This document shows, piece by piece, positions 1 to 9,169 of a DNA stretch of 64,000 bases. Location of the stretch: positions 129,737 through 193,736 of the forward strand of contig CAWIGP010000003.1 in NCBI GenBank assembly GCA_963835735.1, given 5' to 3'. The notes below the pieces were generated by a model, which worked only from the letters and a program-made list of their open reading frames with translations, was not told the origin of the DNA and made no database searches. The position numbers were made by a program, and so were the translations under genes. The first letter of the stretch is position 1. Each line of letters opens with the position of its first letter. The stretch comes from an uncultured Solirubrobacteraceae bacterium (GTDB lineage Bacteria; Actinomycetota; Thermoleophilia; Solirubrobacterales; Solirubrobacteraceae).

Positions 1-474
1 CGCGAACACCGTCAGCAGCAGCATCCCGAGCCAGAAGTCCGGCATCGAGTAGAGCGTCATCGTGACCGTCGTGGACGCGTGGTCGGTCTTCGAGTTGCGC
101 CGCCACCCGGCCGCGATCCCGATCAGGGTCCCGAACACCGCCGACAGCACGGCCGAGACGCCGACGAGCGCGATCGTGGCCGGCGCCTTGTCGACGATCT
201 CCTCCCACACGGGCTGGTTGGTGACGTACGAGCGGCCCATGTTCAGCTGCAGCGTCTGGGTCAGGTAGCTCCAGAACTGCTCGAGCTTGGAGCCGTCGAG
301 GCCAAACTCGCGCGTGAGCTCGTCGCGCTGCGCGTCGGTCAGGTTGCGGCCGCGGAACAGGTTCGCCACCGGGTCCTGCTCGACGACCCGGAAGAGGAAG
401 AAGTTGAACACCACCACGAAGGCCAGGGTCGCGAGCGACCCCAGCGCCTTCGTGATGACGATCCGTGAACTCAC
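1..474 (-). CDS. ABC transporter permease (DppB/OppB type), N-terminal part; continues past the left edge
   Basis: Absent from the ORF track because it is open to the window edge. Hand translation from GTG at 474 gives VSSRIVITKALGSLATLAFVVVFNFFLFRVV...YSMPDFWLGMLLLTVFA, typical of peptide/nickel ABC permeases. GTGA start/stop overlap with the upstream binding-protein gene. Confidence 0.8.
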   Translation of the reverse strand, partial: MSSRIVITKALGSLATLAFVVVFNFFLFRVVEQDPVANLFRGRNLTDAQRDELTREFGLDGSKLEQFWSYLTQTLQLNMGRSYVTNQPVWEEIVDKAPATIALVGVSAVLSAVFGTLIGIAAGWRRNSKTDHASTTVTMTLYSMPDFWLGMLLLTVFA

Positions 475-2282
475 TCGCGCTCGTCGGCCGTGCGCCGCCG
501 CATCACGGCCCACGTCAAGCCGGCCGCGGCGAGCGCCGCGACCACGACGATCGCGATGATCGCGGCGGATCCGCCGCCGCCGTCGTCACCGCCGCCGTTC
601 GCGCCTGCGGCTCCGCCCTCCGACGTCGCCGACACCGGCTTGATGCTCCAGTACGACGGCGAGGAGTTCGAGAACAGCACCGGCCCGGTGCCCTCCGGCT
701 GGCGCACGAAGCCCTCGAAGCGGTCGGTCCTGTACGCCTGCAGGTCCGGGTAGGTGTAGAGCGCGTTGTAGACGCCGTGGCTCGCCCAGCGGGTCAGCAT
801 CTCGTGCACGATCTGCACGCGCTTGGCGTGGTCGAGCTCGACGCTCTGCTGCTTGAAGAGGCGGTCGTACTCCTCGTCGCAGAGGTTCGCGTCGTTGTAG
901 TAGTTCGTCGGATCCTCGGGGTCCGCGCTGACCTGGTCGCAGGTCATGTAGGAGAGCATCGGCTCGGGGTCGACGAACGGCACCCAGCCCCAGACGAACA
1001 TGTCGTAGTCGCCCTTGCCGATCAGCTCGGTGAGCTGGCCGTCGTCATAGACCTTCTGGGTCGTCGCGATGCCGATGTCCTTGAGCCAGCCGGTGATGAA
1101 CTCGGCGGTTGGCTGCGAGCGCGGGCTCTCCGACCGCACCGCGTAACGGAAGCGCAGCTCCTCGCCGCCGCCGGGCATCTCGCGGACGCCGTCGCCGTTC
1201 GTGTCCTCGTAGCCGCCCTGGTCGAGCAGCGCGTTCGCCTTGTCGAGGTCGAACTCGAACTTCTGGTCGGCCGGGACCTCGGGCATCCACTCGGGGTTCG
1301 CGGACGGGCTGATCGTGTCGGCCGGCGTCGCATGCCCGTTCTCGACCCGGTCGACGATCGTCTGCTTGTCGATCGCGTGGGCGATCGCCTGGCGCACGAG
1401 CGGGTCGCTGAGCGCGGGATGGCCCTTCTTCAGGCCGTCGCCGCCGTTGATCGCGAACTCGTTGAACGAGCCCTGGCTGCCCTCGATGGCCTCGATCCCA
1501 TCCTCGCCCTCGAGCCGGTCGAAGGCGGCGCCGGGGATGTCATGCGCGGCGTCGATCTCGCCGCTCCGCAGCGCGGCGACCATCGCGTCGGCGTTGTTGA
1601 AGTTGCGGATCACGACCGCGTCGATCGCCGGCTTGCCGCGCCAGTGATTCGGGTTGGCCTTGAAGCGCGCGAACTGGCCCTTCTTGAACTCCTCGAGCAC
1701 GAACGTGCCCGAGCCGACGCCGTCCTGCCCGTCGTACTTGGTCAGCTCGTTCGCGTCGTATTTCTCGAAGATGTGCTTCGGGACGATGTAGACGTCCATG
1801 ACCGGCAGCTTCGGGTCGGCTACCGACGACTTGAGCACCACCGTGTTCGGGTCCGGCGCGGACGCCGTGATGTTCGCCACGGTCGCCGAGTGGTTCAACC
1901 ACTCCTCCTTGCGGGAGCGGTTGATCGTGTAGACGACGTCCTCCGACGTCAGCGGCTGCCCGTCCGACCACTTCATGTTCGGGCGCAGGTGGTAGGTCCA
2001 GGTCTTGCCGTCCTCGGAGCCCTCCCATGTCTCCGCCAGCCCGGGCGCGACCGAGAAGTCCTTCGCGGCCTTGTCGGTCAGCGTGGCGTACTGCAGATTC
2101 CACGCCTCGAACGCGGCGACGGTGACGCCGACCGCGACGTTCATGCTGTCGATGTCCTGCGTGTAGCCGACGGTGAACACCTGCGGCTCGCCGTCCTGGC
2201 CGCTCGCGCTGCCGCCGCTCACGGCGAGCACGAGCGCCGCCGCCGCTACCGCGGCGACGACCATCCCTCCTATGCGTTTCAC
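471..2282 (-). CDS. ABC transporter substrate-binding protein, family 5 (peptide/nickel type)
   Basis: 603-aa ORF with an N-terminal signal/TM segment (MKRIGGMVVAAVAAAALVLAVSGGSA) and SBP_bac_5-like sequence throughout. GAGGAGGG Shine-Dalgarno lies upstream of the GTG start. Confidence 0.9.
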   Translation of the reverse strand: MKRIGGMVVAAVAAAALVLAVSGGSASGQDGEPQVFTVGYTQDIDSMNVAVGVTVAAFEAWNLQYATLTDKAAKDFSVAPGLAETWEGSEDGKTWTYHLRPNMKWSDGQPLTSEDVVYTINRSRKEEWLNHSATVANITASAPDPNTVVLKSSVADPKLPVMDVYIVPKHIFEKYDANELTKYDGQDGVGSGTFVLEEFKKGQFARFKANPNHWRGKPAIDAVVIRNFNNADAMVAALRSGEIDAAHDIPGAAFDRLEGEDGIEAIEGSQGSFNEFAINGGDGLKKGHPALSDPLVRQAIAHAIDKQTIVDRVENGHATPADTISPSANPEWMPEVPADQKFEFDLDKANALLDQGGYEDTNGDGVREMPGGGEELRFRYAVRSESPRSQPTAEFITGWLKDIGIATTQKVYDDGQLTELIGKGDYDMFVWGWVPFVDPEPMLSYMTCDQVSADPEDPTNYYNDANLCDEEYDRLFKQQSVELDHAKRVQIVHEMLTRWASHGVYNALYTYPDLQAYRTDRFEGFVRQPEGTGPVLFSNSSPSYWSIKPVSATSEGGAAGANGGGDDGGGGSAAIIAIVVVAALAAAGLTWAVMRRRTADERE

Positions 2283-2374
2283 TCCACCCTCCTCAAGGCT
2301 TGAGTGCGCCGATCATTCCCGATCGCGCGTCGGACGCCAAGGGTAGCTTTAGACAATTTCGTCCACCGGAAGCC

Positions 2375-4244
2375 CTACAACAGGTACCAGTCGAGGAAGC
2401 GCTCGAGCCTTCTGTAGAAGTGCACCTGCGGGCCGGCGCGCAGTAGTCCGTGCGCCTCGGTCGGGTAGGTCACGTACTCGAACGTCTTGCCGGCGCGTCG
2501 CAATCCTGCGACGAGCTCCTCGGATTGCTTGGGGCTGACGCGCTCGTCGCGCTCGCCGTGGGCGATCAGCAGCGGCGCGGTGACGTTCTCGATCCGGTGG
2601 ATGGCGGAGGCGGCGCGGTAGGCGGCTCGATCGTCCGCCGGGTGGCCCATCATCCGCTCGAGGTCCTGGACGCCCTCGCGGTCGCCCTGTGCCCAGGACG
2701 TGAGCAGGTCACAGTCGCCGTACTTGGTGACTGCGCAGCGGAAACGGTGCTCGGGGTCGTCGGTGACTGACAACAGCGCCATGTAGGAGCCGTAGCTGGC
2801 GCCGAAGATCCCGAGCCGGTCGCCGTCGACCCAGTCGAGCGTGCGCAGATGATCGGCGGCGGCGAGGCAGTCCCACGTGTCCTTCACGCCCCAGACCCCG
2901 TGGTTCGCGCGCTCGAAGTCGCGCCCGTAGCCGGTCGAGCCGCGGAAGTTGACCGCCAGCCAGGCGTAGCCCTTGTCGACGAAATACTGCGCGTGGCCGT
3001 CCCACAGATCCATGTATGCGTCGGTCGGGCCGCCGTGCGGGTACACGATCGCGGGCGCTGGGCGCTCGGGCGACGCGTCGCGCGGGCGGAAGAGGAAGCC
3101 CGGGATCTCGAGCCCGTCGCGCGAGCGGAACGTGACGTCGGCGGGCGTGACGTGCGGCGCGCGCTTGACCGACAGCGGAGCGGGCGCCACGAGCGCGCGC
3201 GCGGCCGCCCCGGCCGGCGCCTCATCCTCCGCCGCCGGCGCGGCCTCGTTCACCAGGCGCAGCTCGGGCGCCGTGGCGTAGTCCTCGTAGGTCCCGACCA
3301 GCGCGCCGGACGCTGTCCACTGCGGCGCGCCCCAGACGCCGCCGGGCGCGAGCTCGGTCACCGCGCCCGTCGCGGCGTCGACGGTCGCGACGGCGTAACG
3401 GTTGCGGACGCCGCGCGTGACCGCGATGCGATCGCCGGCCGGGTGCCAGGCGGGCTCGCCGTAGTCGGCGTCGTCGGACGTGAGCCGGCGCTCGCCGCTC
3501 CCGTCGCGCCCGACGGCGTGCAGCGCCCAGGTGCCCGAGCGCTCCGAGACGTACGCGATCGTCGCGCCGTCGGGCGACCATGCCGGCGCGCGGTCCTGCA
3601 TCCGCGGCGTGCCGGTGATCGCGCGCGCGGCACCGTCAGCCACCGTTGCGATGCGGATCTCCGAGCGGTTGAGGTCGGCCCGCGGGGTGAACACGTACGC
3701 CACCTCCGAGCGGTCCGGCGAAACCGCCGCGGCCCACTCGTCGCCGCGTTCGTCGTGCGCGGTCGACGAGCGGGCGCGGCCACGGGTCGGCGACGTCCAC
3801 GACCGCCAGCCGCGTCTCGGCACCGCGCTCGATCGCGACGATCAGCCTCGCGTCGTCGAGCCACACCGGCGCGGCGGCCTCGAGCAGCCTGCGCGGCGGC
3901 CCGCCCGCGCTCGCGACGACATATACGTGTCCCTCGTCGCCGTAGGCGACCTGCGCGCCGTCCGGAGACAGCCGCGGCTGCGTGTCCTCCCAATAGGGCA
4001 TCGGCCGGCGCCCGGTCGTGAGCCGCTGCGGCGCCGGGTCCTCGAGGTCGAGCAGCCATACGTCGGACGTGTCGCGGTCCTGGATGAACACGGCCCGGCG
4101 GCGGTCGGCGCCGACCGCGAGCGAGCGCGGCCGCTCGGTCGCGGCGACCGCCTCGAGCCGCCAGTGGGGCGGGGGCGGGACGTCCTTGCGCGGCTGGACC
4201 GGGATCCCCTCGGCCTCATCCCTGCCCACCCAGTGCTCATCCAT
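2375..4244 (-). pseudogene. S9 family (prolyl oligopeptidase / acylaminoacyl-peptidase-like) serine peptidase, interrupted by a +1 frameshift
   Basis: The N-terminal beta-propeller part is in ORF 3636..4268 (start taken at MDEHWVG, 4244). The C-terminal alpha/beta-hydrolase part is in ORF 2375..3823 (GASYGSY nucleophile motif, HGERDERV). The two frames join around 3755-3790 (..VADPWPRPLV / AHDERGDEWAAAVSPD). Combined length is ~620 aa, normal for S9 peptidases. Confidence 0.8.
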
Positions 4245-5313
4245 CCCCGTCCTCCTGTCCTTGTGCAAGTCCGTCGAGCGCGGCGCGCACCAGGCCGCCG
4301 ATCTTCGCCGTGTCGTAGCCGCCCTCCTGCACCACGACGGTCGGCAGCCCGAGCGCGCCGAGCGCGCGGCCGGCCGCGCGGAACCCGTCGCCGCTCACGC
4401 GCAGCGGGCTCTCCGGGTCGCCGGCCGCCGCATCGACGCCCAGCGCGACCACGAGCGCGCGCGGCTCGAACGCCGCCGCCCACCCCGCGAGCTCGTGGAC
4501 CGCGCCGACCCAGGCCGCGTCACCGCTCCCCGGCGCGAGCGGCAGGTTGCGGTTCGCGCCGCCCTCGCCGCGCTCCGAAGCGAACCCCAGGAAATGCGGG
4601 AACCAGCCGGCGGCAGGGTCGACGTGGACGGAGCCGGTGATCACGTCGGCCTGCTCGTAGAAGATCGCCTGTGCGCCGTTGCCGTGATGCGCGTCGACGT
4701 CGAGGAGCGCGACCGGGCCGCCGAGCGCGTCGAGCAGCGCGGCGGCGGCGATCGCGGCGTTGTTGAGATAGCAGCAGCCGCCGTAGGCGCTGCGCGTGGC
4801 GTGATGACCGGGCGGCCGGCAGCACGCGTAGGCGCCGGGCGCGCCGCCGAGCACGAGGTCGCACGCGGTCAGGGCGGCGTCGGCGCCGCCGCGCGCAGCC
4901 TCCCACGTGCGCGGCCCGATCGGCGTCATCGTGTCGTACGCGAACGCCCCGGGGCGCGCCCACGTCGCGGCGGGCAGCGCCGGCGGGATCGTGCCGAGCA
5001 GCCCGGGGTGGGCGAAGAAGTACGGGATCACCTCGGGCTGGCCCGGATCGTCGGGGAGATCGGCGGCCGCCCACTCGCGCCACGCGCTCGCGAGGAAGTC
5101 GAGCAGCGCCCGGTCGTGCACCGCCTCGAGCATGGAGTCCGGGTGCGCGGTCGCGCTCACCACCGCGTGGCCGGCGCGCTCCAGCTCGGCCCTGATCGCC
5201 TCTGCCCGCTCCGGGAGCTCGACCGCCGGCGTACGGACGCCGAGCCAGATCTCCGCGCTCGGCACGTGCCCCCGGTGCGCGTCGCTCCACACCACCGGGA
5301 CCCGGGCCGTCAT
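4237..5313 (-). CDS. histone deacetylase-family amidohydrolase (acetylpolyamine/acetoin-utilisation type)
   Basis: 358-aa ORF with the HDAC-superfamily motifs RPPGHHA, DVDAHHGNG and EGGY. It overlaps the downstream peptidase start by 8 nt (ATGGATGA). Confidence 0.85.
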   Translation of the reverse strand: MTARVPVVWSDAHRGHVPSAEIWLGVRTPAVELPERAEAIRAELERAGHAVVSATAHPDSMLEAVHDRALLDFLASAWREWAAADLPDDPGQPEVIPYFFAHPGLLGTIPPALPAATWARPGAFAYDTMTPIGPRTWEAARGGADAALTACDLVLGGAPGAYACCRPPGHHATRSAYGGCCYLNNAAIAAAALLDALGGPVALLDVDAHHGNGAQAIFYEQADVITGSVHVDPAAGWFPHFLGFASERGEGGANRNLPLAPGSGDAAWVGAVHELAGWAAAFEPRALVVALGVDAAAGDPESPLRVSGDGFRAAGRALGALGLPTVVVQEGGYDTAKIGGLVRAALDGLAQGQEDGDG

Positions 5314-5385
5314 CGGTCCGCGAGCCTACAGCGCCCGCTTGACGCACTCGCCGCCGAGTGATAGACCGAGTTGCTTCTGTGCAGG

Positions 5386-5406
5386 TAACGCACGCACTGT
5401 GCGTTA
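5386..5406. promoter_or_regulatory. inverted repeat TAACGCAC-N5-GTGCGTTA, candidate IclR operator in a divergent promoter region
   Basis: Perfect 8-bp arms 36 nt upstream of the IclR start codon. Two further ACGCAC half-sites are nearby (5340-5345, 5408-5413). Confidence 0.35.
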
Positions 5407-5441
5407 TACGCACCGTGCTGCGCCGAAGCTGGAGGACGCCG

Positions 5442-6224
5442 ATGAGCGCTGGGCCTGCGGCAAGCGACCGACGCCGGCCGTCGACGCTGCGCACGGCCGA
5501 CCGCGCGCTCCGGGTGCTCCAGGAGGTCGGCTCCCCGAACCAGGCGCCGACCGTCAGCAAGGTGGCCGACCGGCTGGGGATCAACCGCAGCACGGTGTCG
5601 CGGCTGGTCGGGACGCTCGAGTCGCGCGGCTTCCTCGAGCGCTCCGGTCCGGGTGACCGGCTGCGGCTCGGCCCCGAGGTCGCGCGGCTCGGGCGCGTGG
5701 CGCTCGCCGGCCGCGAGCTCGCGAGCGTCGCACGACCGGGCATGGACCGGCTGGCCGACGAGACGGGCGAGACCGTCACGCTCGCGGTGCCGGCGGGCGC
5801 CACGGTACTGACCGAGGTCCAGTCCGACGGGAGGCACTTCGTCGCCTCCGGCAAGTGGGCCGGGGTCAGGACCGCATCGCACTGCTGCTCGGACGGCAAG
5901 GTGCTGCTCGCGTTCGGGGCGCTGGAGCTGCCGCCGGGACGGTTGCGGCGCTTCGCGCCCAACACGATCGTGGACCGGCGGGCACTCGCGCGCGAGCTGG
6001 CGCTGGTGCGCCGCCGCGGCTTCGCGGTGTGCGTGAGCGAGCTCGAGGACGGTCTCGTCGGCCTCGCGGCGCCGGTCCGCGACGGCGGAGCGTGCATCGC
6101 TGCGCTGTGCGTCTCCGGCCCCGCCTACCGGCTGGACCGCGACGCGGTCGAGAGGTTCGCCCCCGCCTGCCTGGCCGCGGCGGACGAGCTGGAGCAGCGG
6201 CTGGGCGCGACCGGAGAGGAGTGA
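5442..6224 (+). CDS. IclR family transcriptional regulator
   Basis: ORF 5358..6224. Start chosen at ATG 5442 behind GGAGGA. N-terminal wHTH (TVSKVADRLGINRSTVSRLVGTLESRGFLER) and a C-terminal IclR effector domain. Confidence 0.85.
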   Translation: MSAGPAASDRRRPSTLRTADRALRVLQEVGSPNQAPTVSKVADRLGINRSTVSRLVGTLESRGFLERSGPGDRLRLGPEVARLGRVALAGRELASVARPGMDRLADETGETVTLAVPAGATVLTEVQSDGRHFVASGKWAGVRTASHCCSDGKVLLAFGALELPPGRLRRFAPNTIVDRRALARELALVRRRGFAVCVSELEDGLVGLAAPVRDGGACIAALCVSGPAYRLDRDAVERFAPACLAAADELEQRLGATGEE

Positions 6225-6226
6225 GC

Positions 6227-7783
6227 ATGCTGAAAGGACGGGTCGACCCCGTCGTGTTCTGGGGCTCGGTCGGGGTTTCGGGAGCGCTCGTGCTGTGGGG
6301 GATCCTGGGCACCGACAGCCTGGCCACGGTGATGGGCGACGTCCTCGACTGGGTGATCCGGAACTTCGGCTGGGGGTTCGTGCTGATCGCGATCGGCGCG
6401 CTGGTGCTGGCGATCTTCCTTGCCGTGACGCGGTACGGGCGGATCCGCCTCGGCGCCGACGAGGACCGGCCGGAGTTCTCGACGGTGTCGTGGATCGCGA
6501 TGATGTTCGCCGCCGGTCTCGGGATCGGGCTGCTGTTCTACGGCGTCGCCGAGCCGATCTCGCACTTCTCGGCGCCGCCGCACGGGCTGGCCGAGCCCGA
6601 GAGCCCGGAGGCCGCGAATGTCGCGCTCGAGACGACGTACTTCCACTGGGGCTTCAACGGCTGGGCGATCTATGCGCTCGTCGGCCTCGCACTGGCGTAC
6701 TCCACCTTCCGCAAGGGCAAGCCGAACCTGATCAGTGCGACGTTCGCGCCGCTGCTCGGCGACAACGTGAGCGACCGCCCGATCGGCAGGACGATCGACG
6801 GGCTGGCGATCTTCGCCACGCTGTTCGGCACCGCCACGTCGCTCGGGCTCGGCGCGCTGCAGATCAACAGCGGCCTGAACTTCCTCTGGGACGTGACGAT
6901 CAGCAACGGCGTCGCGATCGTGATCATCACGGTGATCACCGCGCTGTTCGTGCTCTCGGCCGTGTCCGGGATCGAGCGCGGGATCCAGTTCCTGAGCAAC
7001 ATGAGCGGCGGCGTGACGATCGCGCTGATGGTGTTCTTCCTGGTCGTAGGGCCGACCGTGTTCATCATCTCGACGGCGATCGAGTCGATCGGCGGCTACC
7101 TGCTCAACGTGTTCCCGATGAGCATCCGCACGGGCATCTCGACCGACCCCGAATGGATGGCCGCCTGGACGATCTTCTACTGGGCGTGGTGGATCTCGTG
7201 GGCGCCCTTCGTCGGAACGTTCGTCGCCCGGATCTCGAAGGGGCGCACGATCAGGGAGTTCATCGTCGGCGTCGTCGCGATGCCGACCGGCATCGGCTTC
7301 ATCTGGTTCGCGATCGTGGGAAGCACCGGGATCGACGTCCAGACGAGCGGGCAGGCGGACCTGATCGGGACGGTGGCGACGCCGGAGCTGACCCTGTTCG
7401 CGACGCTCGAGCAGCTGCCGCTGACCAACGTGATCTCGTTCCTGGTCGTGGTCCTGATCGCGCTGTTCTTCATCAGCGGCGCCGATGCTGCCTCGGTGGT
7501 GATGGGGATGATGGCCTGCCGCGGGAACCTAGAGCCGCCGAAGTTCGTCGTCGCGGTGCTCGGGCTCCTGATGGGAGCGATCGCCGCGGTGATGCTGCTC
7601 GTCGGCGGGCTCTCCGCGCTCCAGCAGGGGGCGATCCTCGCGGCCGTGCCGTTCACGTTCGTGGTCGTGGGAATGGGCTGGAGCCTGCTCAGGGCGCTGC
7701 GCGTCGAGACCGTCGCGGTGATCGAGCGGCCGGAACGGGTCAGGATCGCGTCACAGCCTGGAGGGGTGAGCAGCGATGGATGA
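6227..7783 (+). CDS. BCCT family (betaine/carnitine/choline) transporter
   Basis: Inside ORF 5855..7783. Start at ATG 6227, 2 nt after the IclR stop. Multi-TM protein with the BCCT Trp-rich signature region (WTIFYWAWWISWAPFVGTFVARISKGRTIREF). Confidence 0.9.
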   Translation: MLKGRVDPVVFWGSVGVSGALVLWGILGTDSLATVMGDVLDWVIRNFGWGFVLIAIGALVLAIFLAVTRYGRIRLGADEDRPEFSTVSWIAMMFAAGLGIGLLFYGVAEPISHFSAPPHGLAEPESPEAANVALETTYFHWGFNGWAIYALVGLALAYSTFRKGKPNLISATFAPLLGDNVSDRPIGRTIDGLAIFATLFGTATSLGLGALQINSGLNFLWDVTISNGVAIVIITVITALFVLSAVSGIERGIQFLSNMSGGVTIALMVFFLVVGPTVFIISTAIESIGGYLLNVFPMSIRTGISTDPEWMAAWTIFYWAWWISWAPFVGTFVARISKGRTIREFIVGVVAMPTGIGFIWFAIVGSTGIDVQTSGQADLIGTVATPELTLFATLEQLPLTNVISFLVVVLIALFFISGADAASVVMGMMACRGNLEPPKFVVAVLGLLMGAIAAVMLLVGGLSALQQGAILAAVPFTFVVVGMGWSLLRALRVETVAVIERPERVRIASQPGGVSSDG

Positions 7784-8258
7784 GAGGTCCCGTTTCCGCG
7801 GCCTGTTCGACATGGCCGCCGAGCTCAACCGGATGCGCGAGCAGGTGCGCCACCCCGAGGCGCCGGCGGAGCCGGTCCACAGTGGCATCGCGTGGATCCC
7901 GCCCACCGACATCTTCGTGCGGGGCGACGACATCGTGATCCGCAGCGAGCTGCCTGGCCTGAGCGCCGCCGACGTCGACGTCTCGTTCAGCGGCGGCACG
8001 CTGACGATCTGGGGCGAGCGGACCGGCGCGCCCGACGAGGAGGCGTCGCAGTTCTACGTTCGGGAGCGCCGGTTCGGGACGGGCCGGCGCACGATCGACC
8101 TGCCGGAAGGTGTCGGCAAGGACGACATCACGGCCGTGTTCGAGGACGGCCTGCTTGAGATCACGGTCGCCTGCGCCGCGGCCAGGCGCGAGCCCGAGCA
8201 CGTCGAGATCAAGACCGCCGGCGACGGCCCGGTGAAACTGATGGGGAAGGACGGATGA
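7776..8258 (+). CDS. Hsp20/alpha-crystallin family small heat-shock protein
   Basis: 160-aa ORF with an alpha-crystallin domain (PPTDIFVRGDDIVIRSELPGL..., GLLEITV). Overlaps the BCCT stop by 8 nt and the next gene by 4 nt. Confidence 0.85.
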   Translation: MDERSRFRGLFDMAAELNRMREQVRHPEAPAEPVHSGIAWIPPTDIFVRGDDIVIRSELPGLSAADVDVSFSGGTLTIWGERTGAPDEEASQFYVRERRFGTGRRTIDLPEGVGKDDITAVFEDGLLEITVACAAARREPEHVEIKTAGDGPVKLMGKDG

Positions 8259-9169
8259 GGGCCTGGGCGCTCGCACTCGCCGCGGCGCTGCTGATCGCCG
8301 CGTGCGGCGAGGAGGGCGGTGGCGGAGGCTCCGCCCAGCCGCAGGGCGCCGCGGCGCGGGTCACCCTCGGCACGCAGAACTTCGCCGAGGTGTTCGTCCT
8401 GGGCGAGCTCTACAAGCAGGCGCTGGCCGCGAACGGCTACGCGGTCGACCTGCGCAAGAACATCGGGCCGACGGAGCCCGTCGACGAGGCGATGCGGAAC
8501 GGTGAGATCGACGGCTACACGGCCTACATGGGGACGTCCCTGTCGGTCGTCGCGCGCGAGGAGTCGAGTGGGCTCAGCGACGAGGAGACATACCGCCGGG
8601 TCAGGGCGTTCTACGAGTCGCTCGGCCAGACCGTGAGCGAACCGACGCCGTTCGAGAACGTCGACGCCGTCGCGACGACGCGCGAATTCGCCCGGAGCAA
8701 CCGGCTGCGCACCGTGGCCGACCTGCGCAAGCTCGACCGCTTCACCTACGGTGCCCAGCCGGAGTACGAGTCGCGGCTCCAGGGGCTGGCCGGGATGCAG
8801 CAGGTCTACGGGCTCACGAACGCCGTCTTCAAGCCGATGGCGCTGGGCGCCCAGTACCGCGCGCTCGACGAGGGCGACGTCGACACCGCCGGCGTGTTCA
8901 CGACCGACCCGACGCTCACGCAGGGCGACTACGTCGTGCTCGAGGATCCCGAGCGGCTGTTCGGCTCCCAGCACGCCGGGCTGGTGATCGACAACGGCGA
9001 GCTCGACCGCGTCGGGCGCGACAAGTTCCTGCGTGTCGTCAACGACGTCAGCCGCCGGCTCACGACCGACGTGATCGTGGAGATGAACACGGCGGTGGAG
9101 AACGGCCAGGACGAGGCGGACGTCGCTGCGAGCTTCCTGCGGGGGGTGGGGATCCTGCGGGGCAGTTGA
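8255..9169 (+). CDS. glycine betaine/choline-type ABC substrate-binding lipoprotein (OpuBC/OsmF-like), with no cognate permease or ATPase nearby
   Basis: 304-aa ORF with a lipobox (LLIAAC). Sequence FAEVFVLGELYKQALAANGYAVDL...GEIDGYTAY is typical of OpuAC-family binding proteins. Confidence 0.8.
   Translation: MRAWALALAAALLIAACGEEGGGGGSAQPQGAAARVTLGTQNFAEVFVLGELYKQALAANGYAVDLRKNIGPTEPVDEAMRNGEIDGYTAYMGTSLSVVAREESSGLSDEETYRRVRAFYESLGQTVSEPTPFENVDAVATTREFARSNRLRTVADLRKLDRFTYGAQPEYESRLQGLAGMQQVYGLTNAVFKPMALGAQYRALDEGDVDTAGVFTTDPTLTQGDYVVLEDPERLFGSQHAGLVIDNGELDRVGRDKFLRVVNDVSRRLTTDVIVEMNTAVENGQDEADVAASFLRGVGILRGS

Noticed and set aside
465-2303. Long ORFs antisense to, or out of frame with, recognised genes (e.g. 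465..2303+, 8929..10695-, 10013..11614-, 20880..23264+, 23063..25801+, 31469..33883-, 33995..35848-, 38497..40401-, 44446..46479-, 51829..53811-, 54812..57358-, 57887..59605-)
   Set aside because: Their translations are Arg/Ala/Gly/Pro-rich low-complexity strings typical of stop-poor alternate frames in very GC-rich DNA. Each overlaps a gene with clear family signatures on the other strand or frame.
5855-6226. N-terminal extensions of track ORFs (5855 for BCCT, 35305 for folC, 48066 for obg, 50795..51136 for sthA, 50661 for proB, 53550 for rsfS, 54770 for leuS, 23598..23867 for ppc, 27401 for tig)
   Set aside because: The extensions overlap upstream genes or are low-complexity. Internal starts align with the conserved protein N-termini and often show SD sequences or start/stop coupling.
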